This document shows positions 1 through 15,501 of a stretch of DNA of 64,000 nucleotides, one piece after another; position 1 is the first letter of the stretch; each line of letters starts with the position of its first letter. The translations under genes and the position numbers were made by a program. The DNA is from Utricularia gibba. Lineage: Eukaryota; Plantae; Magnoliophyta. Location of the stretch: positions 372,001 through 436,000 of the forward strand of contig NEEC01000023.1 of the NCBI GenBank assembly GCA_002189035.1. Reading direction: 5' to 3'. The notes beneath the pieces are model-generated. The model saw only the letters and a list, made by a program, of their open reading frames with translations, did no database searches and had not been told where the DNA came from.

Positions 1-452
1 AAAATGCTGGAGGTAGTAGAGGTAACTCCATTTATTGGCAGAACGATTTGTTGCGTGGATAAGTCATAGCCTCAAAAGAGTACACTAGATGTGGGACTAA
101 TAAGGCAGAGGACTTGGAAACTAGCGAGGAAAAGACATCGGAGGATGCATCCCATACGCCTTGAAAACATGGCATAAGCATCAAAGCTTGTTTTCACTAA
201 GCAATAAAGCATAGATGTCTGAGAATGTCTGCGGTTGGAAATGCTACATGATCATGTCCGAAGCTTTAAAATCTTTCTCTTTACATGGGAATTTGGGAAA
301 GCGGATCAGTAAACTTGAAATTGGAATGCATTTTGGAATACAAACGCTGCATTGATCAGATGATAACTAAATACACCATTGAAAACGGTAGCTAAATCAT
401 CGAATGGCAATCTATGAAGCAAAACGAGAATAAAAAAAAAAAAAAAACTAAC

Positions 453-814
453 TTAAACACCTTCCGGGAGCCAGCAAAAACCACTGCGGGAAACCGTCAG
501 CAAAGATGTCAACAACGCAGAAGCAGTGGCCGTGTGGTACGGATTCAATGACTCCAGGCACGCACTCAATTCAACTGGAGACCTTCACAATTAACTCAAA
601 ATTCTCAATAAAAAAAAAATCCAATCCATAAGCAAGTTTCTGTCCACAATAAAAACTGAGACGGTTACCTGAAAACACCGCGCCCCAGAGCGTGATTCCT
701 CGAGGGAATCTGGAATGGGGAAGAGCGAGCTGATTTCGGCTGAGAAGCGAACTTTGAGGCGGCATTACGCACAGTCGACGAACGTACGATGAATCTGGCG
801 GCGGAAATCACCAT
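453..814 (-). CDS. NFD6: NUCLEAR FUSION DEFECTIVE 6 / NOXY2-like small organellar protein
   Basis: Exon 814-669 ([22 protein letters not shown]...GVFR) splices AG|GT to exon 582-461 ([28 protein letters not shown]...CWLPE). The SPVELS...[10 protein letters not shown] motif is typical of the family. The end shown assumes read-through to GV*; other terminal exons are possible. Confidence 0.8.
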
Positions 815-1096
815 TTCGTTGTCTTCAACAGAATTCACGGTTGCGGAAGAAACCCTGAGCTAAAACCCTACCCGAGAAGCTGCCGATTTGACGACGAACA
901 ATTGGGCCGCATACGGCCCAATTCGTAAGGATGCACACAATTTTTTCTTGAACCAAAAGAAATCACAACAGTAGAATCCAGAGATGCTGGGGGAGCAACA
1001 AAACAAAAGACAACAACTTTTATTGCATTTTGCAAGAGGGATGGAACGAGCAGTTTCATGCCCCAGAAGCATACATAAATCCCAACAATGCATTCT

Positions 1097-2982
1097 TTAA
1101 GCGGAGTGTCTCTTGCAGAAAGCTTTCACTCTGGTAAAGCCATCGTGGAGCAATGATGGCTCGACTGCAAATGTGATCCGCAGCCAATTCTTGAGTCCCA
1201 CAGCAGTCCCTGCAGCAAAGGCTTGTGCCATGTTTCTAGAGTCCAGAAAAGAGATGGATGGCTAGACAAGAAAGAACCCCAGAAGGGAAAGTTATGCCAG
1301 GAAATTTCACCTGGTAAAATAACAACAGATTCCTCCTTGGCTAGCTTCAAGCAAAAGTCTACATCATCTTCAATGCCGTTGAGGAGAGAAAGGTTAAGCT
1401 TCACCTGAGATGGAGAATTCGAGGATTTTGAATGAACTACGTGGAAAATCATGGTATTTTGATAACTGTGCTCACCATGGTAAACATGGATGCTTGAGGC
1501 TTGGATGGACAACTTAAAAATGGCGTCTCCTTGATAAGATCGTAGCATATCTCTGCAGCTTCTTTGAGCTTGTTTACAATTTTTAGGAAGAAATCACTCG
1601 GGGTGTCTTGTAAAATTCCTGTTGCTGCCCCCTTCAGAGGTTTTGTTAAACTTCAAAAGCTTAGTCCAGAGAGTTTTCATCTACTTAAACAATAAATGCT
1701 AAGAGATAGAAACGAGGAACCTGAACAAAGGTTGTCGGATCAAGACTAATATCCATGAAACCATCGATGCTCGCAAGGACCTGTTAACAACACTAACGCT
1801 TGTGAACACCGAATGACAAGAGATGCAACATAGGCAGTTGATTGAGAAAGTACCCCTTGCTTCGCAAGAATACCATCTGGATCATATGCAACAAGCCATC
1901 CAAGTCTCCAACCAGGAACCATCCATCTTTTCGATATTGACCCCATTGTTATCACCGGAGTAATTGATCCAAAAACTCCCATTGAAACAAATGGATTGTT
2001 TCCAAAGGTAAGGTGTCCATAAACTTCATCAGAAATCACTAGGATTCCAAGCTTCCTTGCGGTCTCCGCTATCTAGGACAAGCACAGGATGGATAAGAGC
2101 ATTTATCATGGCAATGTTTAAACTATGGCCACATTACATTAACTTAATCACCTTCTTCAAGTGTTCATACTTGAAAGAGTTCCCACAAGGATTCCCAGGA
2201 TTGATAATAACTATAGCCGCCGTATTCTCATCAGACACAGCTTCAACAGAAGCTAAATCCACTTCCCAATCATTCTCCGGAATCAGGTCATAATGGCGGG
2301 CTTCAAGATGAGAAAATGCGCATCGAGCTTCATAGTAAGGGAATCCTGGTCTCGGAAGCAAAATGTTGGCATTGGGACGAGCCATCACAGTTATAATTGC
2401 TTCTATTGCTTGATTGCAGCCAAAAGTCAGGAACACATTTTCTGGTGACAAATTGTATGGGAGATCTTTAGAAAGATACTCGGCTACTGCCCTGCACATA
2501 ACAGGTTGCTATTGCAATATATGTATGGGTAAAATCTGAACTATCAAAACAGTAGAATCTCAAGATCCATTATGAAAGGTACATTGAATCAGGAATCTAA
2601 CAGTTTTAGAGTTTTTGTTTCTTGGCCATTCACTTTACAAGAATTACAGCAGCCCACCAAGCAAAGGTTATCTACAAACACCCAATATTGAAAATTTAAA
2701 GCACCTGCGGGACTCGGCGACCCCGGCGGAGGGAGGATACCCGTTGAACTTTCTAGAGCGAAGGGCGGTGGAGACGGAATCCACAGCAACGGGGGTGGTG
2801 GAGAAGGATGGGTGAGAGGAGGGATCGCCGTGAGCCAGCGGAACAACGGGCCTAGTGTCACTGGAATCAAGATATGCGCTTACCATGTCGAGCGTACGTC
2901 TGACGGTTACAGTTGTCTTGAGCGACAGATTCTCATTCCCCTTGAAACGCCATCGCGTAGTTCCTGACCCTCCCTCCCCCAT
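1097..2982 (-). CDS. TAT: Tyrosine aminotransferase (class I PLP enzyme), 7 exons
   Basis: Motifs [56 protein letters not shown] (PLP lysine) and the C-terminal [14 protein letters not shown]...KAFCKRHSA*. The exons join in frame at GT-AG sites. Confidence 0.92.
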
Positions 2983-3385
2983 GGAAGAACTCCGGAGGCG
3001 CCTCTCCTCGCCGTAGACGGAATCTCTCAGATACCTTGGCGGCGATTCCGACCAGGCGCGGGCCACGTGAGTCCATTATTAGGGAAAATTTAATATCATT
3101 TTTCTGTGTATTTTTGCGGATTTGGGCCGGCCCAATTATGAACCGTAGGTGCGGATTCCATGGGAGCGTGTGCACCGTAAAAAGGGTACAGCCCGAGCCC
3201 CACGGTAGCGGCGCGTGCGGACCCAGGGTTGAGCATTAAAATTGAAGTGAGGGCTGCACTTTCCGTAGTCTCTCTCACCCCATGGGACGGCGGCCGCCGC
3301 GTCAACCATCAGTTGTCTAGGCTCACGCGCTTCACCCATCAACTACACCCCACGCGCCCCACAATTTTATCCCCCGTCCACCGCC

Positions 3386-3391
3386 TATAAA
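3386..3391 (+). promoter_or_regulatory. TATA box of the ERF gene
   Basis: CCTATAAAG about 85 nt upstream of the ATG at 3471. Confidence 0.55.
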
Positions 3392-3470
3392 GACAAGGCT
3401 TTTATCCAGAGAACCGCTACATAGCGGGTTGGAAAAGTCGGTCTCGGCTCTTCGTTTTTCAAGGGGAAAA

Positions 3471-4151
3471 ATGTCGATGAAGGCGAAGGAGATGGAGCAG
3501 TCCAGCGGCGGTGGCGCCGACGAGGTACACTACCGAGGGGTACGGAAGCGGCCGTGGGGACGCTACGCCGCCGAAATCCGAGATCCCGACAAGAAACGAC
3601 GCGTCTGGCTTGGGACCTTCGACACAGCAGAGGCGGCGGCCCGTGCGTATGATGCCGCGGCGAGGGAGTTCCGTGGCCAGAAAGCGAAGACCAATTTCTC
3701 GATCCCGTCGGAGACTGTGGCCCGGAGCCCCAGCCAGAGCAGCACCGTGGAGTCGTCCTGCGCCGACGTCAACAGCGACACGCGCCCACAGGCGGGGTTA
3801 AGTTTCACGCGCCGCCCAACCGATTCCTCCGTGGTCACCATCGCCGCCCACCACGCATACCCATTATTCGCATCCCAGCAGGCGCCGGTGATGTTCCTGC
3901 AGGCCAACACCAATACCCCCCAGATATTCCTCTTCCAGGCCCTCCCGCAACCGCCCATCTACAAAACGGCTGCCGCCCCTATCGTCGTCCCCGGAATTCC
4001 ACGCGGCGCCCCACTCGGCACCGATTCCGACACATCTTCCGTCGTCGATGAGAATCTCTACGATGGACCTGATCCGAGGAGGGTGCTGGATCTGGATCTG
4101 AATCAGCCCCCGCCTGTAGAAGCATCAGCCCTCAATCTTCAGGACACGTAA
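3471..4151 (+). CDS. AP2/ERF repressor, group VIII (ERF4/ERF8-like), intronless
   Basis: AP2 domain [20 protein letters not shown]...[16 protein letters not shown] and C-terminal EAR motif LDLDLNQPP. The ATG at 3471 is preferred over the TTG at 3429. Confidence 0.95.
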   Translation: MSMKAKEMEQSSGGGADEVHYRGVRKRPWGRYAAEIRDPDKKRRVWLGTFDTAEAAARAYDAAAREFRGQKAKTNFSIPSETVARSPSQSSTVESSCADVNSDTRPQAGLSFTRRPTDSSVVTIAAHHAYPLFASQQAPVMFLQANTNTPQIFLFQALPQPPIYKTAAAPIVVPGIPRGAPLGTDSDTSSVVDENLYDGPDPRRVLDLDLNQPPPVEASALNLQDT

Positions 4152-5854
4152 ACAAAATTCCGATTGCCACCTTCTTCCGCCGGGGAAAAGCAACGCCTTT
4201 CTCCACCATCTTCTTCATCCAGCTTACAGTAAACCAATTAGATCTGAAATTAGGGACCCCCCCCCCTCCCCTGCTCCTGTTCCTCCTCCTACAGACCCGT
4301 CCCATGATCTGGAGGCAGCTTTATTCCCATCAAAGCCGTCAGCCCATCGGAAAAAAACTTCACCCAGACGAATATTCTGCTGTTCGTTCGTGTGGTTATG
4401 CAAAAGTTTCTGTTTTGTGACATCAAACGTGATCATGCACAGGAAATGTTTCTGTACGGTCAGGGGAGTAAATGAATATAACCGATTTTGTTTGGTGCCG
4501 AAACGTAATAAACCCGAAATAGAGTGCGTATTCCGGTAATTCTAAATACAATGTTACCGGCTGCGGTGGGGTCCACTATGGCCACACCTTCCTGTCTTAA
4601 AATATCACGGTCAAGGTGTTTGTCCACACGCATTTCAAACACACAAACCTTCAAATTTTCAAAAATTAAAATATTATTTATTATGCCATAATTTATATTA
4701 ATAATAAAATAGAGTACAACAAGACCATTTAATCTCAAAACAATGTAGAACCCATCCTCAACCACCAAAATTGTTATTATTTAATTTTAAAAATGAATAA
4801 ATAATCAAATACTAAAATTTAATAAAATCGAAAATTTATTTTCAGAATATTTTGTTTTATTTTTTTAAAAAAGGTTGTAATTCAAGATGGGCCCACAATT
4901 AAATGGGAACCAATCAAGCGGAGGGTGGAATAAAGACTTCACCTGTGCTTTTTGTTTGACCGGTTCATAGGGGAAGAAGAGGAGAGAGGGAGAAGCGAAC
5001 CGGGGGGTGGGGCGGTGGGGGGGGAATAAATTATTTCATTGAAGGGGGTGCGTGTGGGGCCCAGGTAGACAAAAGAAAAAGACATGTGGTTACCCAAGGG
5101 GAGGGGCGGGGCACATGTCGGCTAGGTGGCCGACGCCGCCTGCCGCCCCCTCCACCGCCTCCTTTTCATAAAATAAAATGAATTATAAATAATATAATTA
5201 TAAAATAGTCTTGGTGTATGAGTAATGAAAAAAATGGTTCGTATAAAATTAAATATTTGAAAAAAAAATAGGATTTTAAATCAGAAAAAAAAACAAAACA
5301 GGCTTGTTTTATTTGGGGAAAAGGAGTTGGACCCAAGAAATAGGCTTGGGGCGTCGCCGACAATCCAAACCTGATCCGACCCGTACGCCTGAAGCCCATT
5401 TCTATTTGGGCGTGTGTCTTCGATTTCAGCATGCTTGGGATTATGTCAGCAAATCCAACACACACAGAAGAAAGGGGTTTATTGGCAAACCCTAATTGAA
5501 CTCGCCGACAATTCTTGAAAATTCCAGTCATGCTTAACGGTGCGTTTTCTCATTTTGTGCATGTGTTTCTTCATTCCTTCATCGCGGCATAAATTTGCAA
5601 TCAGTTTATGGTACTGTGGAGGAATTCGGATTGGTGTTGCGTGTTTTCGTGTTTTCGTGGTGGTTTTACCTCCAACTCAGTTTTACTTGGAAGCGTAGTA
5701 TACTTGGAATTGATGACAAGAAGCAATATCCTGAAAATGTGTTTTCCTGATGGTGAAGGAGTTGGGAGTGTTTGCCTGCAGAAGGAATGCGGCTGTTGAT
5801 ATGATTTTCGATATATGATGTTGGCTTGAGCTTGCAGGATTCTGTGGTAAAAGA

Positions 5855-8116
5855 ATGAGGGAGTCTAGGAGGGTATCAGCGTCTGATGAATCTGTTTTCA
5901 AGAGATCCTTGAGGAGGAAAACTAGCTTTACAAATTATGATGAGAATCTGATGGATGAGATGATAGATAGACATTTGGGCAGTGCATCGAAGAAGAAGAT
6001 AAAGAGTCAGGAAGAATTGGAGAAAGAAACTGAAACTGAGGCTTTAATCGCACTTTCACTGGGATTTCCGATTGATGAGCTGCTCGATGAGGAAATTAAA
6101 GCTGGAGTTGTCTCTGAACTGGGTGGGAAAATGCAGAACGACTATATTGTTGTAAGGAACCACATCCTTACGGAGTGGAGGAGCAATGTCACCATGTGGC
6201 TTTCCAAGGGGCAGATAAGGGAAACAGTGACTGCAGAGTGCGCCCACCTGATAAACTCAGCTTACGACTTTCTTCTTACCAATGGATATATAAATTTTGG
6301 GGTTTCGCCATTGTTCGAATCACAAATCTTTGACGAAACAACTGATTCGTCTGTTATAATAGTAGGAGCTGGACTGGCAGGGTTGGCAGCAGCAAGGCAG
6401 CTTAAATCATTTGGTTTCAAGGTGTTGGTTCTTGAAGGTAGGAACCGGCCTGGGGGTAGAGTTTATACTCAGAAGATGGGTCCAGAGGGGAAATATGCTG
6501 TAGTTGACCTTGGTGGTAGTGTAATTACTGGTATTCATGCCAATCCCCTAGGTGTTCTTGCTAGGCAGCTTTCCATTCCTCTCCACAAGGTGCGAGATAA
6601 GTGCCCTTTGTATAGGCCGGATGGCAAACCTGTTGACAAGAAGCTTGATTCTAGTGTTGAACTTGTCTTTAATAGGCTTCTTGACAAGGTAACCGAGCTT
6701 AGAGGAATAATTGGAGGATTTGCAGCTAATATTTCTTTAGGATCTGTGCTGGAAACACTCAGAAAATTGTATGGTGTTGCTAGTAAAGAGGATGAGAGGC
6801 AGCTTCTTGACTGGCATTTCGCCAACTTGGAATTCTCAAATGCTGGGAGCATTTTGAATCTCTCTGCTGCTTACTGGGATCAGGACGATCCCTACGAGAT
6901 GGGTGGTGATCACTGCTTTCTTGCGGGCGGAAATTGGAGACTGGTCAGATCGATGTGTAATGGCATTCCCATCATGTATAACAAGATAGTTGATACCATC
7001 AGGTATGGGAATACGGGTGTTGAGGTCGTTGTCGGGGACCAGATATTCCAAGCTGATATGGCCCTTTGCACCGTTCCCCTCGGTGTCCTTAAGAAAAGAA
7101 GTATTAGATTTGAACCCGAGTTACCTGAAAGAAAATTGGCAGCTATAGACAGACTTGGGTTTGGGTTACTTAACAAAGTAGCCATGCTGTTTCCCCATAA
7201 CTTTTGGGGTGAAGACTTGGATACTTTTGGAACACTAAATGAACACAGCCATCTTAGAGGCGAGTTCTTTTTATTCTACTGCTACCACACTGTTTCGGGT
7301 GCTCCCGTCCTTGTTGCACTTGTAGCAGGTGAAGCAGCGCAACATTTTGAAGGGGCAGAACCCATTTCTTCTGTTCATCGTGTACTGAACATTCTCAGGG
7401 GCATATTTGGCCCCAAGGGAATTCAAGTACCTGATCCTGTACAATCAATCTGCACTAGATGGGGGCAGGATCCGCTGTCCTATGGTTCATATTCACATGT
7501 CCGAGTGCAGTCTTCAGGATTAGACTATGATATCCTTTCAGAGAGCATTGACGGACGCTTGTTCTTCGGTGGCGAGGCCACAACCAGGCAATACCCTGCC
7601 ACAATGCATGGTGCATATCTTAGTGGCCTTAGAGAAGCTTCACGCATCCTCAAAGCCACCAGATCTCGAAAAATGAATCAAAGGAAGTATACGCAGAAGA
7701 ATATTCCCTCTGCCAGAGATGTGGTGCTTAACCTCTTCCAAAAACCTGACGTAGAACTAGAAGACTTCCATTTTGTGTTTGATCGGTTTTCCACTGACCC
7801 GAACTCCCTGGGTCTACTGCAAGTTACTCTAAGAAGGTGCTGCGATGACTATGACAATAACTGCAAATGCAGGGAGATTCGTGAACAGCTTTCTTTAGAT
7901 CCATTAGTGAAGCTTTATACAGTAATATCCCGTGCTCAGGCTCAAGAGTTGCTACAAGTGTCTGGAGGAAGCTCAGAGAGACTGACCTTTCTGTACAGAA
8001 ATCTTGAACTAAAGATGATGGGGATCGACACTCTGGGGCTCGTAGGCAGCACAGTAGCGAACAGTATTGCTAGCTCTCGACGAAGCCGGGGATGGTCGCG
8101 TACAGTTGTTGGATAG
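5855..8116 (+). CDS. LDL2: Lysine-specific histone demethylase 1 homolog 2 (SWIRM + amine oxidase), intronless, 753 aa
   Basis: SWIRM region (YIVVRNHIL...GYINFGV), FAD motif VIIVGAGLAGLAAARQL, and GEATTRQYPATMHGAYLSGLREA. Confidence 0.92.
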   Translation: MRESRRVSASDESVFKRSLRRKTSFTNYDENLMDEMIDRHLGSASKKKIKSQEELEKETETEALIALSLGFPIDELLDEEIKAGVVSELGGKMQNDYIVVRNHILTEWRSNVTMWLSKGQIRETVTAECAHLINSAYDFLLTNGYINFGVSPLFESQIFDETTDSSVIIVGAGLAGLAAARQLKSFGFKVLVLEGRNRPGGRVYTQKMGPEGKYAVVDLGGSVITGIHANPLGVLARQLSIPLHKVRDKCPLYRPDGKPVDKKLDSSVELVFNRLLDKVTELRGIIGGFAANISLGSVLETLRKLYGVASKEDERQLLDWHFANLEFSNAGSILNLSAAYWDQDDPYEMGGDHCFLAGGNWRLVRSMCNGIPIMYNKIVDTIRYGNTGVEVVVGDQIFQADMALCTVPLGVLKKRSIRFEPELPERKLAAIDRLGFGLLNKVAMLFPHNFWGEDLDTFGTLNEHSHLRGEFFLFYCYHTVSGAPVLVALVAGEAAQHFEGAEPISSVHRVLNILRGIFGPKGIQVPDPVQSICTRWGQDPLSYGSYSHVRVQSSGLDYDILSESIDGRLFFGGEATTRQYPATMHGAYLSGLREASRILKATRSRKMNQRKYTQKNIPSARDVVLNLFQKPDVELEDFHFVFDRFSTDPNSLGLLQVTLRRCCDDYDNNCKCREIREQLSLDPLVKLYTVISRAQAQELLQVSGGSSERLTFLYRNLELKMMGIDTLGLVGSTVANSIASSRRSRGWSRTVVG

Positions 8117-9201
8117 GTAGGCACAACACTCTAGCTCAGTGATGATTCCATCTGTTCCATGTAGAGGGCACAGCTGCTGCTAATCTTGAAACTGTGGAAT
8201 CAAGATGAGAAGTGTAGAATGATCTCCTCAACGAGTTGGATGATGTAAACATGCATTGAAGGCCAGTTGTTTCCCCGCAGCTTCTCTGTATTTTCCCCAA
8301 AGGATTCATGCAGTTCCCCTTGACGAAGATGCAGGGAAGCACCAAAGAAAGATCTCACAACAGCTTAGAGAATGGGAAACTTTTTGCAGAGAGTTCTCTA
8401 TCATAATAAGAGGTGATGCATTATTGATACCTGTCTTATGCTAACATTCACCGGCGAAGAGGCCAATTCAACAGAAAAGCAACTCGAGCTTCTCTTCTGA
8501 ATCCATCCGCCATTTTTGAAAGCAAGTCCGGTTCCTTGTCCTCGCGCCATTCCTGATTTCTGAGAAGGCGCCGTAATTGCTGTTCGGCGGCGGCAACTGG
8601 AACCTCCTCATCTCCTAGTCAACGGCGGTTGCGTTTTTCTAAATTCTCCATCCAAATCTGGATCGGCGGCATCCGCCGTTGACAAATTCGAAGGTTTATT
8701 TGTCCTCCGAGAGAATAAACCGACGAGCCTACGGCGGCGCCGGTGCCGGTGGCGGTTGACTGGTAATGGGCCGCTTGATGAATCAGCCGTGAGCCCAATC
8801 TAATTTAATATTTCACTATTAAACTAGTGTAAATTAAAAATTAGTTTTTTTCTGTTTGATTTTACTTTTTACGGCTACGTAATTACCAACCTGCATTAGC
8901 GTTGGGGCAATCCAATAATTACGCAATTAGTATCCTAATCAAATCTTCCCGAAATTTAAGCGGACGGTAAACGCTACAAAGTTATGGCCGGTGGCCCACC
9001 AGAGGCAGAAGTAGAGAAGATGAAGAAGAATTGAAGGGGAAAAAAAAGATAATTAATCAAAAAAAAGAAAAAACAAAACGCGGTGGGATTCCTTTCCCTT
9101 TCCACATGAATTGATAGGCCTGCGGCGGCGGAATTCGGTGGAACGGGAGATCGCAGCGGTTCATTTTCGTCGTTCGGATACACGTCTTGCTGAAAATAGC
9201 C

Positions 9202-12393
<3,192 letters not shown>

Positions 12394-13061
12394 CCGAGTT
12401 TGAAAATGGATCCCTGTAATAGCATACAAACCATACACAATGAAATTAATGACGCGGCTTGCTGCAGAGGTGCAGGTTTGTCATTGTCTGTATGGAGCAG
12501 CTACGATGCTCGTTTGCCTTCTTTCTGCTTGCTTTTGTTGCAAGGGGAACATGCTTTTCTTCTTCCTTTGTTCAGAACAGTGCTTCTTCTTAAATTCGAG
12601 TGTGGATAAGGAACTCTCCTGGTGTGCATATTTCACTATTCACCTAAAGGGCATGTACCAATTTGTCTGATCTGATCAAATGCTCATGCCATTCATTCTG
12701 CTCTAGGCTCCAAGTTGTTCGAAACAAGTCCAGTTCATTACAGTTTCCAGCATGAATTTGCTCTTGCCCATGATCCTGTCTCTGTGCTTATCCATTCTGA
12801 CTCAATGGGTTGGTTGTAAAGGTTTTGAGCAGAAGCAGAAGAAGCCGTCGACGCCGCGGCGTGGCCCCAGGTGGGGCGGCGCCGCAACCGGAATGGATAC
12901 CTGCCACAGCCATCCGATACCCGCAGGTCTCTGCGATTGATTTGTTACACAATTCAGAGGCAAATTGCACACATTTCACATGGTCTTATTGCCGGAAAAA
13001 GGGGAAATTTCTCACTAATTTAGGGTTTCAGAAGCAAGAAGAATATACAGGAAGGGGGTCA

Positions 13062-13336
13062 TCAGTTAGGACCCCAACAACTCAAATACATAACTTGTCT
13101 CAACGACTCCTCCGATTTCTTCAGTCTCTCGTTGCTCTTCTTACTGTGAACGACGGCGGAGGTGGACGCAGAGATGCTGTGCGTCTGCGCCGTGTAGGAC
13201 CTCAGATTGTTCTTGGCGTGCTGTTGCAGAACCCTCAAAGTGTGATTCCACCTGCAGAAGCCCATCTCCTTCATCGCCTCCACCGCCAGAACCCAGCTCC
13301 GGCCACCAGGGAAGACACTCTTTGCGTGGAACTCAT
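13062..13336 (-). CDS. Wound-responsive DUF3774 protein (apparent 1-nt deletion at 13292-13294)
   Basis: AVEAMKEMGFCRWNHTLRVLQQHAKNNLRSY...SEESLRQVMYLSCWGPN*. The ATG at 13336 (MSSTQRVSSLVAGAG) joins in frame if one G is restored (276 nt, 91 aa). Confidence 0.85.
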
Positions 13337-14127
13337 CTCTCCGAATGCTTTGGATGGGAAACAGACGAGCACGGAAGCGCATTATACAGAGGGAGGGAGA
13401 GGGTGCCGCCGCACACCGGTTCGATCCATCGAACGTGGTTTCAGCGACTCGGTTTCGCGGGAATTCGGACAAACCACTAGCGGGGCCCACTCTCCACGTG
13501 CTGGCGGCTCTCTTCTAACCACAAGCGCCACATGGGCCGTGGTGCAAAAGGCCCAGTACAGAAGCTTCTGAGAACTGGAGCTTCTTCCATACCGCACGAA
13601 AGGAAATTGCCGTGTCCGCGAGTCTGTGTGCGCGGATTCGTATTTCATATTATAATTTATGTTTTTTTTAAAGAAAATGTATGTAAATGGATTTCTGCAT
13701 CCAAAATTGAAATTTTTTTTATGAATATTAATTTTTATAATTTTCTATAAAATTCTTGTGTTCGTAAATATTTTCTTTTTTTTTTTAAAAATGTTACCTT
13801 CTCTCATAATTTCATATTACAAATGTTGAAATTTCAAATCATTTCCTTAAATTAATTTTTTAAAATTTTGTTAGTATTTTCATTCAAAAAAGGTAATGAA
13901 TACTAAATCAACGTTAGAAGATTATATACTGTCACTTTTTTTCTCATATATTAACATAAAAAATTTACATATAAAATGATCAATTTTTTTTATACAACGC
14001 ATAGTCAATTTTCTATTTCATCAGGTTGTTGTGATGTAAATCCTTTGCTACATGCCGATGTACGGTTTCAGACACACCACCCGCACAAACGTACAGACTA
14101 CAGAGGAAGAAGCACAATGGCATGACA

Positions 14128-14346
14128 TCAGAATCTGGTGGTGGAGGGTCCCCAGCAGCTCAATTCCATGACTTTATCGTACGCATTCCGGCCGCCGGAG
14201 TTGTCCGCCGCCAGGGACTGCAGCGTCTTGGGCACCAACTGCTGCTGCTGCTGCAGACACGTCAAAGAATGACTCCACCGGCGGAAGACGAATCCACCTT
14301 CCGTCCTCCCCACCGGAAGATGCTGCTCCGTGGCTCTGCTGCTCAT
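14128..14346 (-). CDS. Second DUF3774-like small protein
   Basis: MSSRATEQ...FRRWSHSLTCLQQ...AYDKVMELSCWGPSTTRF*, with the family VMxLSCWGP C-terminal motif. Confidence 0.75.
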   Translation of the reverse strand: MSSRATEQHLPVGRTEGGFVFRRWSHSLTCLQQQQQLVPKTLQSLAADNSGGRNAYDKVMELSCWGPSTTRF

Positions 14347-15501
14347 GCTCACAATGCCGGGATTATTCCTCTCCGTCTGGATCTCCATAGCCGTCTCCTC
14401 GTTCTTGCATCTCTATATATATGGCTGTCGAAGACGGGAGCTCACCGGGAAACTGGGGGCCGTGAATTTGTGGGTGATTTCGAAGCGAGCATCTGGTTTT
14501 CTGCAATCCAATTTGTGTGGCATCATCTTGCAGAAGAATCCAATCATCAGAGTGACCGCGCGTTCCATGGTGACGGCTGAAGTTCAGCCACGATGCTTGA
14601 TTAGGACAGCCGGCTGGCCCACGTGACAAATAAGACATCCACGATGCTTATTTAACAATTTTGGATTTAACTTATGTGATATTAAATGTGGAGGGTATTA
14701 ATTCATATAAAATTTAATACTTTTACAATTTAGAGAAATATTTATTATTAATTGCTTAGTACCTATGTTTCAAATTTTACTTGTGACGCGATATATTACA
14801 AAATTTGATGATTTATGTGGTTCATATTATATCGTTTCGAAATTCATTTCAAGGCTATTAATTGAACCATGAAAGATGAGTGATCCTATGAAACCTTTGT
14901 GTTCGAAAGATGATTTTATGTTAATCTTCAAGGAAAGTCTCTACTTTTCAAGACGCACTAAACATTGTAATTCATAACTTCATTTTGATGTGAAAAAAAA
15001 AATTATAAACTGATAATATGAATAGTTTCAGAATAAAGTCATCACTACTAAACATATTTTAAATTAAATATTTATGGGTTACAGCTTTTAGTGCTTGTTA
15101 ATATTACTATTTCTTAATTTTTATGTTAATAATTATACTGTATTACTAAAAATAATAATTTTTTAAAATTTGTTTTTAATGCAGACATAAACTTGTGCTG
15201 GGCCAATAATCCTGGCGCGTGGGTCCAGAATATGGGCCGGGCTGGAGAGTCAGATGGATGGGCCAAAAATACAAGATGGCAGCCCAATAAAGAAAATTCC
15301 TTCTCCGTCCCCATGGCGCCGGTGAGAAAATGGCGTCACGCGGCTGGCTGACTTTTCCACAGTTCAAACACCGCCAGCTAGGCGATCACCTGAGACACGG
15401 CTTCCTCCGCCGGCATTTTCCCTCCTTATAAATACCCATCGGTCGTTTGCTCATTCATTCATCAAAGCAGCGCATCTAAGAAGCAGACATCGCAGAAAAC
15501 G

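Noticed and set aside
12810-13571. 253-aa plus-strand ORF
   Set aside because: It is antisense to the DUF3774 gene, has no recognisable domain, and its continuity depends on the suspected indel.
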